The translations under genes were made by a program, and so were the position numbers. Below, piece by piece: positions 1-10,009 of a DNA stretch of 64,000 nucleotides; the first letter of the stretch is position 1, and each line of letters starts with the position of its first letter. Source of the stretch: an uncultured Nitrosomonas sp. (GTDB lineage: Bacteria > Pseudomonadota > Gammaproteobacteria > Burkholderiales > Nitrosomonadaceae); the NCBI GenBank assembly GCA_902826055.1, contig CADEDJ010000006.1, positions 2,882 to 66,881 on the forward strand. Direction: 5' to 3'. The notes under the pieces were generated by a model that saw only the letters and a list, made by a program, of their open reading frames with translations, had not been told where the DNA came from and did not search any database.

Positions 1-210
1 AAAACAAACAGTCGTTGTTTGCAAAAACATGATAGGAGAAATACATGAAGGCCTGATGTCGGTGAAATGACAGTTTCTTGATGAATTGATAACAAGGTAA
101 GATCGATTAACAAGCTAACAAATTAACAAATAATCATTCGTTTACTTTGCCATGACCAATCAAATGCTCAACCGGCAAAAGCAGTGAGCATTTGATTCAA
201 AGCCTGCTGC

Positions 211-1539
211 TTATTTCAGATTCATGCAGTTGGCATAATACGTGACCGTTGCTGGCCAATCCGAAAATATGCCTAAAATACCAACCTCTTTGGCCAGTAC
301 ATGCAAAACATGATACATATCGCCATCATTATTGATGACACCTGGTTCCGGATTCACTGGATGAGGATTCTCGCCATTGAGAGTTTGATAATAAAACCCG
401 CCTCCGGCAGCTAATGGGCCAGATCGTTCGAACGTCCAGGCAATGATATCGAGCCCTGCTTCCCTAGCCTTGTTTGCGTAAAGTGAAGGCATAATTTTAC
501 CTTCCTCGATTTCCAGTAGCATCCAAATCGGTGGAGCAATAATTTGCACGCCACTCGAAATCAACTGTTCCATGGAAGGAGACCAGGTCGCTGGATTGCG
601 ATGATCGAATGCCGGATCTTCGTAGCGGCCATCCAAGTAAACCGCTTGTTTTCCGAAGCCCGGTTCGTTTTGTATCCAATACAATACATCTTTGATATCA
701 AATGACTGTGCCCAGACCTTTGAAACCGGAATATTGGCTTGTTTGTATTCGTCGATCATTTTTTGCGCATAGTCTTGCTGAGAAAATCCATTAAACGGCA
801 TGGGAACGCTCGGCGATTTGAGTTCCGGCGTCATCTTGACCCCCAGCTTTTTAAATAGCGCGATGCTTTCCTTATGGGTCAATAAGGTGCCGCGGCTTGC
901 ATATAAATCGGTTCGCCAATCAGCCGTGCCTTTCATGTAACCACTTACAGTCGTTGCAAGTGGATCAAAAGCATCCATTTTACCTTTTAATGATTTGAAT
1001 TCCGCCAATGTGATATCACTGGTACAGCATTGCGCTGTTGCAGCGCTAACCAAGTTACCATTTTCGTCATAGACTGCCGGTTGGAAGGGTACAGAACAAC
1101 GCCCGGCCAATTCGGTTTCAAGAATATTGGTTGTCGTATGCAGGTCACATTGAGAATGACGGCAAACCAGTTCTTTATCCTGGGTAAAAGTTACGTCGCA
1201 TTCCAGAATACCGGCACCCATTTTTGCCGCTGCTTGATAGGATTCTAATGTATGTTCAGGAAATTGCAGCGGTGCACCGCGGTGTCCAATTGAAAAATCG
1301 GTGCGTTTGAACGGACCCGTTTCACAACTTTCAAGTTTTTTCTTGAGCTCGCCATGATCCATATCGTTTACCAGGAAGAAAGGGCGCGGTCCTAACTGTA
1401 CACTACTAACTGACTTATGTTTCGTGTATCTTTCCGTTGTTTCGTTATCTTTGCCAGCCCAGCTCGCAGTCGATAATGAAAAAGCAATGGCAACCGAACT
1501 AACCATGGCTGTGCCAATTAATAATACCGTTCGATTCAT
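211..1539 (-). CDS. glpQ: Secreted glycerophosphodiester phosphodiesterase (GDPD family)
   Basis: N-terminal signal peptide; catalytic motif [18 protein letters not shown] and GILECDV; TPELK motif; C-terminal GIFSDWP. Confidence 0.88.
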   Translation of the reverse strand: MNRTVLLIGTAMVSSVAIAFSLSTASWAGKDNETTERYTKHKSVSSVQLGPRPFFLVNDMDHGELKKKLESCETGPFKRTDFSIGHRGAPLQFPEHTLESYQAAAKMGAGILECDVTFTQDKELVCRHSQCDLHTTTNILETELAGRCSVPFQPAVYDENGNLVSAATAQCCTSDITLAEFKSLKGKMDAFDPLATTVSGYMKGTADWRTDLYASRGTLLTHKESIALFKKLGVKMTPELKSPSVPMPFNGFSQQDYAQKMIDEYKQANIPVSKVWAQSFDIKDVLYWIQNEPGFGKQAVYLDGRYEDPAFDHRNPATWSPSMEQLISSGVQIIAPPIWMLLEIEEGKIMPSLYANKAREAGLDIIAWTFERSGPLAAGGGFYYQTLNGENPHPVNPEPGVINNDGDMYHVLHVLAKEVGILGIFSDWPATVTYYANCMNLK

Positions 1540-1639
1540 TTGTACCTCCTGTATATTATTTGTAGTTGTATTAACTCTGCTTGATTGGATTTAGCATGCT
1601 TATCCATTCATCATGTTAGTTATCAGATATTTCATACGT

Positions 1640-1677
1640 ATGATTATTCAATGAAATTTGAATGAATCTCTGATGAA
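1640..1677 (-). promoter_or_regulatory. Putative Pho box (PhoB-type 11-bp direct repeats)
   Basis: ATGA(A/T) cores at 1640, 1651, 1662 and 1673, exactly 11 bp apart (TTCAT/ATCAT on minus strand), about 100 bp upstream of the phosphodiesterase start. Confidence 0.65.
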
Positions 1678-1923
1678 CAAATCCGGGAGACAAGGTTGTA
1701 TCCGACAGAACAAACAGTAACTAGAGTTTTCTAATGCGGTACCGATTCTTTATTAAGTCAAGCAATCGATGGAATTCACTGGATTGATTGCGATGATCAG
1801 GTACTAAAGGAAAACAAAAAATCGCATTATTAATTTGTCCGGAAGATCTTTACATTAAACTGAATGTGATTATGGTTGGAATGTGTTGTTATTTAACCGA
1901 CTGTTTAAAATTGCGTAAATCAG

Positions 1924-3837
1924 CTATCGTTGGCCCGTTTGGGATTGACATACGGTATATAGCTTGTTTCGCCGCTCAATAAACAAACTGTTCCCTGATT
2001 TATACTTAGCCTGACTTTTGGCAATTGATGCCAACGAAGAAATTTCATGATGTGAGTTATAAGTTCCGGGAAGCACTAAAACTGCCCCGATTGAAAGAGT
2101 TACTAATGGATGAAAAATCTGTTTTCCTGTTCGATCAATAGCAAAATATCCTTTTTGTTCGCGATGGACCGGCTTGAAAAAATGTTCGATTTCCTGGGAA
2201 AAGTTTTTTAGAATCTCGTGGCATCGAAGCTCCCAGTCGCTGCTTTGAAACAGAATGATGAAATCATCGCCGCCGATGTGTCCAATAAAATCACGTTCCG
2301 AGTCACACATTCGTGATAGTAAGTTTCCAGTAACTCGAATGATTTCATCGCCTTTACGGTAACCGTAGAGATCGTTAAATGGTTTAAATGCATCAAGATC
2401 GCAGTAGCAAGCACAAAAACTGATCCGCCCTTGAAGCAGCCTCTCAATATGCTCATCAATCGGCACATTCCCCGGCAGCAATGTCAATGGATTCGCATAA
2501 CGTGCAGCAGTTATCTGTAACTGCGTTATCGCACGCATAAGGTCATGACCAGTTCCTATACCGGCATATCGACCTTGCTCGGTAATAATGAAGCCATTGG
2601 ATAAGTGACGTTGTCCAGCCGCAACGATGGCACTGCTTAATTCTTGCAGGCTGATATTTTTATCGACTACCAAGGGTGAGGGATCCATAAACACAGCACA
2701 AGATTTTTTACCGTAAAGCTCTCTCCAATACGGTCGGGCAAAGGCATCGATTAATCGACTGCGTGAGATAATCCCTACCGGCGTAGCTTGATCAACGACA
2801 GGTAGCGATTCCAGCGCCGGTGAAACATCGAAAATACGGTAGACCTCTTCATTGTTCATTTCTGGCGTAACTGGGGAAGTTGGAATTAACAATTTCATGG
2901 CAGAAGAATTTTTGTGCATAATCGTATTTTTCCATGGATACACAGTAATTCCATTTTGCTGCAAGCAGTTTGCAGCATCGGCCGAAACAATCGCAACCGG
3001 ATTGATGTTGGGTCGAGCAATATAATAACCTTGCCCCAACAAGATACCTAAATCCTTGATTATCATAAATTCGGCACGAGTTTCGATTCCTTCGGCTATA
3101 ATTGCTGAATTCGAATTTTCGGCAATTTGTTGTATGGATCGCACAAATTGTAATTTGACCGGATCCTGATTGATGTTCTGAATGAAGTGCTGATCAACTT
3201 TGACATATTCCGGGTTTAATTCAAACCAAAGGCGGAGACTGGAAAATCCTTCTCCTAAATCATCTATAGCGATTTCCAGTCCTAAAGATCGATAATGCCG
3301 TACAGCTTCACGTAATAATGAATAATCGTAAGTAGGTTGATTCTCGGTTAACTCGATAACGACTCGATGCGGTTCCAAACCAAGCAAACGCATGAAATCA
3401 AGTGTTTCTCCATTCTTAAAATTTGCATCCAGAAGGCAGTCAGGGCTTACATTCAGAAAAAGCTTGCCTGCTAACTTTAATTGTACAAATGCCTCCAATG
3501 TGAGCTGATGGCATAATCGTTCCACCTCCAGTAATAATCCAAATTGTGAGGCTGCCTTGAACAAGCTAAACGGTGAATGTAATGAGCTGTTCGAAGGACC
3601 TCTTATCAATCCTTCATAAGCCATAATGTCTCCAGTGGACATGGAAATAATAGGTTGAAAATTTGCAGTAAGTTGGCGTTGTTCGATAATTCTTACAAGT
3701 TGCAAGAAAATCTCACTGCGACTAAATTCAGTTGTCGCATCATAGGAAACCGCATTGTCCGATTTATTTGCTTCAACTTCCATATCCATAGCGGCAGCCT
3801 TCAAACAGATATATGCTAAAAATATGTAAATTAACAA
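1924..3837 (-). CDS. EAL-CBS-GGDEF c-di-GMP phosphodiesterase/diguanylate cyclase
   Basis: EAL domain (YEGLIRGP, IDDLGEGFSSL, IIAEGIET), central CBS-like segment, C-terminal GHIGGDDF; true start may be a downstream ATG. Confidence 0.9.
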   Translation of the reverse strand: MLIYIFLAYICLKAAAMDMEVEANKSDNAVSYDATTEFSRSEIFLQLVRIIEQRQLTANFQPIISMSTGDIMAYEGLIRGPSNSSLHSPFSLFKAASQFGLLLEVERLCHQLTLEAFVQLKLAGKLFLNVSPDCLLDANFKNGETLDFMRLLGLEPHRVVIELTENQPTYDYSLLREAVRHYRSLGLEIAIDDLGEGFSSLRLWFELNPEYVKVDQHFIQNINQDPVKLQFVRSIQQIAENSNSAIIAEGIETRAEFMIIKDLGILLGQGYYIARPNINPVAIVSADAANCLQQNGITVYPWKNTIMHKNSSAMKLLIPTSPVTPEMNNEEVYRIFDVSPALESLPVVDQATPVGIISRSRLIDAFARPYWRELYGKKSCAVFMDPSPLVVDKNISLQELSSAIVAAGQRHLSNGFIITEQGRYAGIGTGHDLMRAITQLQITAARYANPLTLLPGNVPIDEHIERLLQGRISFCACYCDLDAFKPFNDLYGYRKGDEIIRVTGNLLSRMCDSERDFIGHIGGDDFIILFQSSDWELRCHEILKNFSQEIEHFFKPVHREQKGYFAIDRTGKQIFHPLVTLSIGAVLVLPGTYNSHHEISSLASIAKSQAKYKSGNSLFIERRNKLYTVCQSQTGQR

Positions 3838-3884
3838 AGCAATATGAAGTATTTATTACAGTTTTTATTAATTTTAAAGAACCC

Positions 3885-3924
3885 AAAAACGATATATACT
3901 ATATAAACAGTTTATATCGTTTTT
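3885..3924. promoter_or_regulatory. Inverted repeat (12-bp arms, 16-bp spacer) in divergent promoter; candidate operator
   Basis: AAAAACGATATA (3885-3896) ... TATATCGTTTTT (3913-3924). Confidence 0.5.
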
Positions 3925-3964
3925 ATAATTGCCAATAATTAACAATCATTCATGAGGATTTACT

Positions 3965-4369
3965 ATGACTACCAAAAACCAATCAAACGCCAAGGAAAAC
4001 ACTGCAACGCTGAAAACCACTAATGCTGTAGTAAAAAATGCTGCAACGAAAAAGACAAGTAAAGTGGATAACACTATTCATAAGCCAACGAAAGCAGTAT
4101 CTTCGGTTGATGTCGCCGAAAAAAAATCATCTAAGAAGGATAAATCTAGAAAAATCAAAATGACTAGAGATAGCTATACAATGCCGGAAAGCGACTATAC
4201 CAAGTTGGCTATCCTCAAAAAGAAATGCCTAGAAGCGGGTATTCATGTAAAAAAAAGTGAATTAATTCGCGCAGGCATAATTCGTTTATCCAAACTCACA
4301 AATGCCGCTTTACTTAATGCTGTAGCGCAAGTGGAAGTAATCAAAACTGGGAGGCCTGCTAAAGATTAA
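3965..4369 (+). CDS. Lys/Ala-rich protein with C-terminal ribbon-helix-helix-like putative DNA-binding domain
   Basis: RBS GAGGA; basic low-complexity N-terminus; C-terminal RDSYTMPESDY...HVKKSELIRAGI fits a beta-helix-helix pattern. Confidence 0.7.
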   Translation: MTTKNQSNAKENTATLKTTNAVVKNAATKKTSKVDNTIHKPTKAVSSVDVAEKKSSKKDKSRKIKMTRDSYTMPESDYTKLAILKKKCLEAGIHVKKSELIRAGIIRLSKLTNAALLNAVAQVEVIKTGRPAKD

Positions 4370-4515
4370 TCAGTTCATATTTGGTCGGTTCTCGATTGTG
4401 TTAAATGGCAAAAGAGTAAGGATTTTAAGATATTTGAGAACCCGTATGCCCACTGCTTCTAATAGAAGCCTCAAACCCCCGACGCGCTTTCTAAGCTCGC
4501 AACTCTTCAGCAATT

Positions 4516-5019
4516 TTAAATGTCATTTTTTATTAAGGAAGGCAGTTGTAGCCAGCTTTTTAAGTACGGCAGCGAGATTTGAATACCTGCTTGTTGGAGG
4601 CATTTGATTGCAAAGCTTCCGCAGTTGTCTACGTTACCGGAATAGATGACATAGCCATAGCTTCCGCTATGGCCTTTTTTTTGTTGCTGGATGAGCATAT
4701 GCGCCCACATTATCATATTATCCATTTGCGGAACTGTTATATTCCAGCTCCTAAGAAGCGTCCGGTTATCATTTCCGTAGTTCACCCGGTCTTTATATGC
4801 TTTGGGTGAAGATTCAAAGTCAGAAAGTACCTTGCCAGAGGCATACCCCGTTACTTGTGCAACCTTGTGCGTAACCCAAGCAATTCTTCCCCCTTTGGAC
4901 GCTTCAGCATCCGCATCGACAAAATGAATTCGATATACGATGAGATCGACCTTATCTGAAATAATCAAGGTGAAATGACCTAGAAATGTTTTGGAGTAAT
5001 AAAGATCCACTTGTGGCAT
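4516..5019 (-). CDS. Hypothetical protein, possible circularly permuted papain/NlpC-P60-like enzyme
   Basis: ATG with GGAGG RBS; N-terminal GH and C-terminal Y-x6-NCGSFA-x-K-CLQQAG (His-before-Cys order). Confidence 0.5.
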   Translation of the reverse strand: MPQVDLYYSKTFLGHFTLIISDKVDLIVYRIHFVDADAEASKGGRIAWVTHKVAQVTGYASGKVLSDFESSPKAYKDRVNYGNDNRTLLRSWNITVPQMDNMIMWAHMLIQQQKKGHSGSYGYVIYSGNVDNCGSFAIKCLQQAGIQISLPYLKSWLQLPSLIKNDI

Positions 5020-5119
5020 AAAACCTCCGGTTAATAGAATTTAATTTTACTTGCCCTGGAATAAAGTATACAACCGAACGGGAACTATGGCGTCAGGCGC
5101 AGCAAGTGGATAACTTTTT

Positions 5120-6277
5120 CTACTTTGGTCTGGGACGTTTTACTTTTGCTTGAATCGCTTGCAGCCGGCCTGCGCGTAGTTCCGCAACGGCTTTAACCAC
5201 GGCAAGAGCGACATTGCGCGTTTCTTCTTGTATGGCTACATCTTTATCTAATGTTAGGTGACTGGTTGCATAGGGTTCGTAATATCCGATATAGCGATCC
5301 AGGCGCGCCACAGATCCCGCATCAATAAATCCCATCCAATCCAGCCAATCGGATAAAGCGCGCCGCGAACCTTCAATACCGGCTACATCGCCGTGAACAA
5401 TCACGCCATAAGCCCGGCCTGCCAAATGCTGCGGATAATCCCAACCACTCATCTCAATTTCTTTTGCTTTTGTCGCATTTTTTCCCGAGGTCGATGTAGG
5501 ATCAGGATTGCCGCCATCAGCACAAACCATACGATCCATCATTAATTTCAACGGCCCCGGGCTTTGATACCAATAAACCGGTGTTACGATGATGACTGCA
5601 TGAGCGGCTGTCCAACGCTCATAAATTTCCGCCATCCAGTCATTGGTCTGATTGAGAGAATGATGAGGATAACAACTGCATGGCCAGTGACATAAAGGCA
5701 TTGCTGTTGATACGCAACCCTTACATGGATAAATGTTGCGTCCATATTCAGAAGCAAGCAGACTCAGATCGAGGACATCAGCCTGAATATCCGCATGCTC
5801 TATGGTTTCGCGAGCTATTTGCAGCAACCGGAAAGATTTAGACATTTCTCCGGGACAAGTTCCATCGTTTCGCGCTGATCCGCATACCAACAACACCCGT
5901 GATGGTGTTGCAGGTTCACTCCAACGTCGCTGTGCTTCCTCTATGCGTTGCTTTGTAGCTAACCATTCAACGGATAATTCGTAATCTGGATCCGCAAATC
6001 CCGCACCTGCTTGTTGTGTAACAGGCGCCTTGCGTCCATCCCTATACGCTTGCCATGCAATTTCCTCAAGCCGCGCAATCGATTCAGTTTCATTATGAAA
6101 TGCTGGATCCATGAAAGAAGCACGAAACCTCACACTAAATTCAGTTCGATCTAATCGGCCTGGTGCCTGACCTTTTCGAACGTTGATTGGTGTTAAATCG
6201 TTCGCTTGATTATTCGTATTTGAGTTTTTTGAAGAATAATCTTCCATCAATTTTCCTTTATCAACCTGAATTTTCAA
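5120..6277 (-). CDS. Flavodoxin-fold NAD(P)H-dependent FMN reductase / iron-sulfur flavoprotein-like protein
   Basis: VCGSARN FMN-binding loop, Cys cluster CKGCVSTAMPLCHWPCSCYP, TPVYWYQ; probable start ATG 6247. Confidence 0.8.
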   Translation of the reverse strand: MKIQVDKGKLMEDYSSKNSNTNNQANDLTPINVRKGQAPGRLDRTEFSVRFRASFMDPAFHNETESIARLEEIAWQAYRDGRKAPVTQQAGAGFADPDYELSVEWLATKQRIEEAQRRWSEPATPSRVLLVCGSARNDGTCPGEMSKSFRLLQIARETIEHADIQADVLDLSLLASEYGRNIYPCKGCVSTAMPLCHWPCSCYPHHSLNQTNDWMAEIYERWTAAHAVIIVTPVYWYQSPGPLKLMMDRMVCADGGNPDPTSTSGKNATKAKEIEMSGWDYPQHLAGRAYGVIVHGDVAGIEGSRRALSDWLDWMGFIDAGSVARLDRYIGYYEPYATSHLTLDKDVAIQEETRNVALAVVKAVAELRAGRLQAIQAKVKRPRPK

Positions 6278-6297
6278 TAAATCAGCGTTAACTTATT

Positions 6298-6603
6298 TTA
6301 TTTCCACATGACGTTACACTCAGCTTCAGCGGCAGCGGTAAGTAGCTCTATCAAAGGCAAGGCCCTACTAGCCATACTTACTGCGGGTTCTTGCTCCTCT
6401 TTTTCCCTCTCATTATTTGCCGGCGGCACATCTTCTTCTGAACTAATAGCAGCTTTTAACCGGCTCAGCGCCTCAGGAACATCCTTTGCTAAAATGGCGC
6501 CTGGTACAGTTTTACTGTGCCCCATCATCTTGAGCATAGTTAGCGCCACTTCTCCAAACATGATTATGTCTCCATGCGCATCAGTCGAAAATGTTACAAG
6601 CAT
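6298..6603 (-). CDS. DUF1840-like small protein
   Basis: MLVTF-x-T...DIIMFGEVALTML..MGHS..VPGAI...RALPLIELL..A..AEC-x-VMWK pattern. Confidence 0.8.
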   Translation of the reverse strand: MLVTFSTDAHGDIIMFGEVALTMLKMMGHSKTVPGAILAKDVPEALSRLKAAISSEEDVPPANNEREKEEQEPAVSMASRALPLIELLTAAAEAECNVMWK

Positions 6604-6680
6604 ATAATTTTCCTTTTATTAACATTATGATGCATTGGACAGCGTAATTTTTTAACAACCTATTTTGATTAACTGAAAAA

Positions 6681-6857
6681 TTATTCGCAACCGCGTAATA
6701 AAAAGATAAGAAAAATAACAGGGATGGGAATACCGATGAGCCATAATAAAATGTATCCAATTTTCCCTTCCTGATAGGTCTTTAAGGATAATGGATTGGT
6801 CCGGCGGTACGCGCCAGCTTCTTTTGGCACACGACTATAAGTTTTTATTTTCGACAT
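6681..6857 (-). CDS. 58-aa small single-pass membrane protein (not in ORF track)
   Basis: AAGGAA RBS, ATG at 6857; MSKIKTYSRVPKEAGAYRRTNPLSLKTYQEGKIGYILLWLIGIPIPVIFLIFLLRGCE, with a clean hydrophobic C-terminal helix. Confidence 0.65.
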   Translation of the reverse strand: MSKIKTYSRVPKEAGAYRRTNPLSLKTYQEGKIGYILLWLIGIPIPVIFLIFLLRGCE

Positions 6858-6950
6858 CACAATTTCCTTTTAGATTTTATTGGAGTTAAATCCAATTTAA
6901 CAATTTTCATTGACAGTTCTGATACAACTCATTCGCATCGACTTAACTCT

Positions 6951-7397
6951 TTATTGCACTTCAATTTTTACTTCTGCTGTGCCTGCATTTTCCATATCGA
7001 GTTTTTTTGCCGCTGCATGGGATAAATCAATAATTCGATCTTTAGCATAAGGTCCGCGATCATTAATTTTGACCTTAGTTTTTTCACCATTATCGAGGTT
7101 AGTTACCTTGACTTCCGTTCCCATCGGTAAACTCGGATGAGCCGCTGTCATTTCTTTCTGATCAAAGAACTCGCCACTGGCAGTCTTTTTCCCGTGAAAT
7201 CCTGGCCCATACCAAGAAGCTTCACCAATCTCGGTGCGAACTAAGTGAAGTTGTGAATTTGTCCTGTCATGATGTGCAAATCCATCGTGTTTATTGGGGT
7301 GTTCTAGGCCACAGCCTGTAATCACCCATACAATAAAGAAAAAAACTATTGAAAAATTTATTAAGTTCGTTTTATTACAAATTTTAATCTGTTGCAT
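6951..7397 (-). CDS. rlpA: RlpA-like (DPBB) lytic transglycosylase lipoprotein lacking SPOR domain
   Basis: AGGAGG RBS before ATG 7397; lipobox-like VITGC; ASWYG, TASGE, TAAHPSLP, INDRGPY, RIIDLS motifs. Confidence 0.85.
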   Translation of the reverse strand: MQQIKICNKTNLINFSIVFFFIVWVITGCGLEHPNKHDGFAHHDRTNSQLHLVRTEIGEASWYGPGFHGKKTASGEFFDQKEMTAAHPSLPMGTEVKVTNLDNGEKTKVKINDRGPYAKDRIIDLSHAAAKKLDMENAGTAEVKIEVQ

Positions 7398-7800
7398 AAA
7401 TCCTCCTGCTTTTACAGAATTCAACGAACGAGTAGAAAAGGAAAGCAAATTGGATGTAGCAATCAAATAAATTTTCTCATTCTTGTTAAAAAACTCATCT
7501 GTTGCTCTGTGCCCGCTAACAAAACCGCAAGCACTTCCTCCGTTTCTATACAACGAGCCAATATTTTTATTAGAAATATCAGGTTATGTATAAAATTACT
7601 AAATAACGCACCTTTCGTCTGTACGTTAGGCCACATAGATTTATGCAAAGAAATGCTAAAGGACAGAATTTAATCTGGAGCTGGAGTTTCCCATTTTGAC
7701 GAATCGTTCTTTTTACTCAGTCGAAATAGCACAACACCACTGAGCAAATTCCCACATCTGACCAGAAAGCTATCGTAAAGCGATGCAGATACTCTCGAGG

Positions 7801-8769
7801 TCATGAGAAAAAACTTGCTAAACCGCAAACCTCGATAACTGCTTCGATCTCGCTAATTTCTGCGGGGGTAAGCTCATTGCGCCATGCTGTCGTTGCAGCT
7901 TCGCGTCTTTTAGACGAGTTCCAACTTGACCTACTCTGCGTTGTTAGCCGTTTCGAGAGATCGTTCGGAGGCGTAAGATTCAATTCCGCAAACAACCGGC
8001 GAAACTCGGTTTCAGGTGAATTCGCCAGTTTTTCATAGCTTAAGATCCGCCATTGACCAGCATACGACTGTGTTAGCGGAAGATAATTCTCCATAACCCA
8101 TGTGAGGGTAAAATAGCGGGCAACACTAGGTTGAGATACCTCGACCGATTGATAATCAGGAAGGCCAGGGATAGCTGTCCACCATTGTGATAATTGATTC
8201 GGGTCGGGTAATTTCCACTTTTCTTTGTCCATCCAATCAAGAAGCTTCCATGAAGCAAAAATAGCTCCAGGATGACGATAGATATGAATTGGTTTTCTTT
8301 CCAAAGCAATGTGGCGGACGATCCAAGGCAAGAGATTATTGCTAAAAATAAACTTCACAACCCAATAGCGTGTTTTCCAAAGACGAACAAGGTTATGATC
8401 GGCCCAGTCTGCGGTATAGTCATTCACCACATTACCCGCCAGTGCTTGATGCATGAATATTTTAAGCTGAGTATGTTCAGCAGTTGGATCGAAGAATTTC
8501 CATGCGCGCAAATCCGACGACATTGCCTCCGGGCATTTTTTGGGATGATCCGGCTCAAACATGAGACTGCAGTTATGAGCAGTACTCAGAATTTCAGCTA
8601 ACCAGGTTGTTCCGCTTCTGCCGGAGCCCGTTATTACGATGGCTTTGCCAATATCGGAGGGGTTCAGCATAGCTTTCGCGATCAACGTCAGCTTCCTCAA
8701 ATCAAGCTTCAATTTACGAAACTGTTGCCTCACCGGTTGACGCAAGCCATCGATTTTAAAGACTTTCAT
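7801..8769 (-). CDS. Sulfotransferase family protein
   Basis: 5'-PSB loop GSGRSGTTWL; IYRHPGAIFAS; LSYEKL. Confidence 0.85.
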   Translation of the reverse strand: MKVFKIDGLRQPVRQQFRKLKLDLRKLTLIAKAMLNPSDIGKAIVITGSGRSGTTWLAEILSTAHNCSLMFEPDHPKKCPEAMSSDLRAWKFFDPTAEHTQLKIFMHQALAGNVVNDYTADWADHNLVRLWKTRYWVVKFIFSNNLLPWIVRHIALERKPIHIYRHPGAIFASWKLLDWMDKEKWKLPDPNQLSQWWTAIPGLPDYQSVEVSQPSVARYFTLTWVMENYLPLTQSYAGQWRILSYEKLANSPETEFRRLFAELNLTPPNDLSKRLTTQSRSSWNSSKRREAATTAWRNELTPAEISEIEAVIEVCGLASFFS

Positions 8770-8776
8770 GGGCTAC

Positions 8777-8995
8777 CTACGCTTCGCACGACAGTATGAA
8801 GCAATGCATCGCGCCTGCGTTGACACATCCTTCAATGAAGTTTTTGATGCTATTATCTGCTGGGTTTGGTGAGGATTTTCTGTCAGGATATTTAATTGGA
8901 TTCATAGTAAGCGCTGCTATTGGGCCGATTTGCTCGAAGAATTTTAATTCATCCAGCACATACGCCATGCCAAGCAGAATAATCGGTAGCGGCAA
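8777..8995 (-). CDS. Possible small ORF directly upstream of sulfotransferase
   Basis: Stop lies 7 bp before the sulfotransferase ATG; three Cys in C-terminal part; start codon uncertain (TTG 8995 or internal ATG). Confidence 0.25.
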   Translation of the reverse strand: MPLPIILLGMAYVLDELKFFEQIGPIAALTMNPIKYPDRKSSPNPADNSIKNFIEGCVNAGAMHCFILSCEA

Positions 8996-9411
8996 AAATC
9001 ATTACGTCTGACGTATCAAAAAAATAAAAGTACGGGAAATTCGAGAGTGTGTCAAATACCCTGACAAATGACCTATAGCGTCTAAGAATTTATATTTGAC
9101 GTGTAATAAAGAAACTGGGGGTGTATTTTTTGCCTTTTTTAGCAGCGCTAGGAATTATTGATTAGTGACAGTCATCGCCATTGATATCCACTTATCATCA
9201 ACCAATAGCTGTTGCTTATAAGTTCACTTTTACTCTTGAGAGTTCTCTACCACTCTTTCTTTTACTTATAGTATCTGTGAAGATATGAACGATGTAGAAT
9301 TTCTTTATAATCATTTGACAAAAAAACTTGTCGTGAACCTGTTGTACATGAACTATGTGCCATTAGTTATGAAGATGGCCCTTTTCTTTGGATAATATGA
9401 AGGAGAATATT

Positions 9412-9861
9412 ATGACTGTCGGCGAAATTTGCAATAGAGAAGTAATCGTGATTCAGCGAGATGAAACAATTTTAGAAGCTGCTAAACTCATGCGTCAATT
9501 TCATGTGGGAGCTGTTATCGTTGTCGACAAACAGAATAACCGTCAGGTGCCGGTAGGAATAGTCACCGACCGTGATCTCGTTGTAGAAATATTAGCAACA
9601 GAACTCGATGAAACGGTAATCACCGTTGGTGACATCATGGCACCAGAAATTTTTTCAGTGCAGGAAAACACTGCAACTCATGAAGCCATTGATTTCATGC
9701 GCCGAAAAACCATTCGACGTTTACCGATCGTAGATGAAACCGGAGAATTGGTCGGTATACTTACTTTAGACGATGCCTTGCAATTGTTATCGGAACAATT
9801 GCTTGATTTGGCCAAATTAGTAAGATACGAGCAAAAAAAAGAGGCACGGCATCGCCCCTGA
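9412..9861 (+). CDS. CBS-pair domain protein
   Basis: AGGAG RBS at 9401; two CBS repeats (VGIVTDRDL, LVGILTLDD). Confidence 0.9.
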   Translation: MTVGEICNREVIVIQRDETILEAAKLMRQFHVGAVIVVDKQNNRQVPVGIVTDRDLVVEILATELDETVITVGDIMAPEIFSVQENTATHEAIDFMRRKTIRRLPIVDETGELVGILTLDDALQLLSEQLLDLAKLVRYEQKKEARHRP

Positions 9862-10009
9862 TGGAATAGCAGTTTTTAAACACTCGAAAATTATACCAAT
9901 AGGTCATTCATCGGATAACACCGAAAAATTTCACTTGAATTTTTCGATAGGCGCTCAATATTCATAAAAAATAGTACAACCGGTTATTAATTTTGGAGGA
10001 TGAGCTGCT

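Noticed and set aside
107-130. Three 8-bp tandem repeats (T/C)TAACAA(G/A)
   Set aside because: Low-complexity AT-rich sequence; the adjacent gene is outside the window, so no function can be supported
6951-7553. ORF-track long N-terminal extension of rlpA
   Set aside because: Strong AGGAGG RBS and lipoprotein signal support ATG 7397 instead
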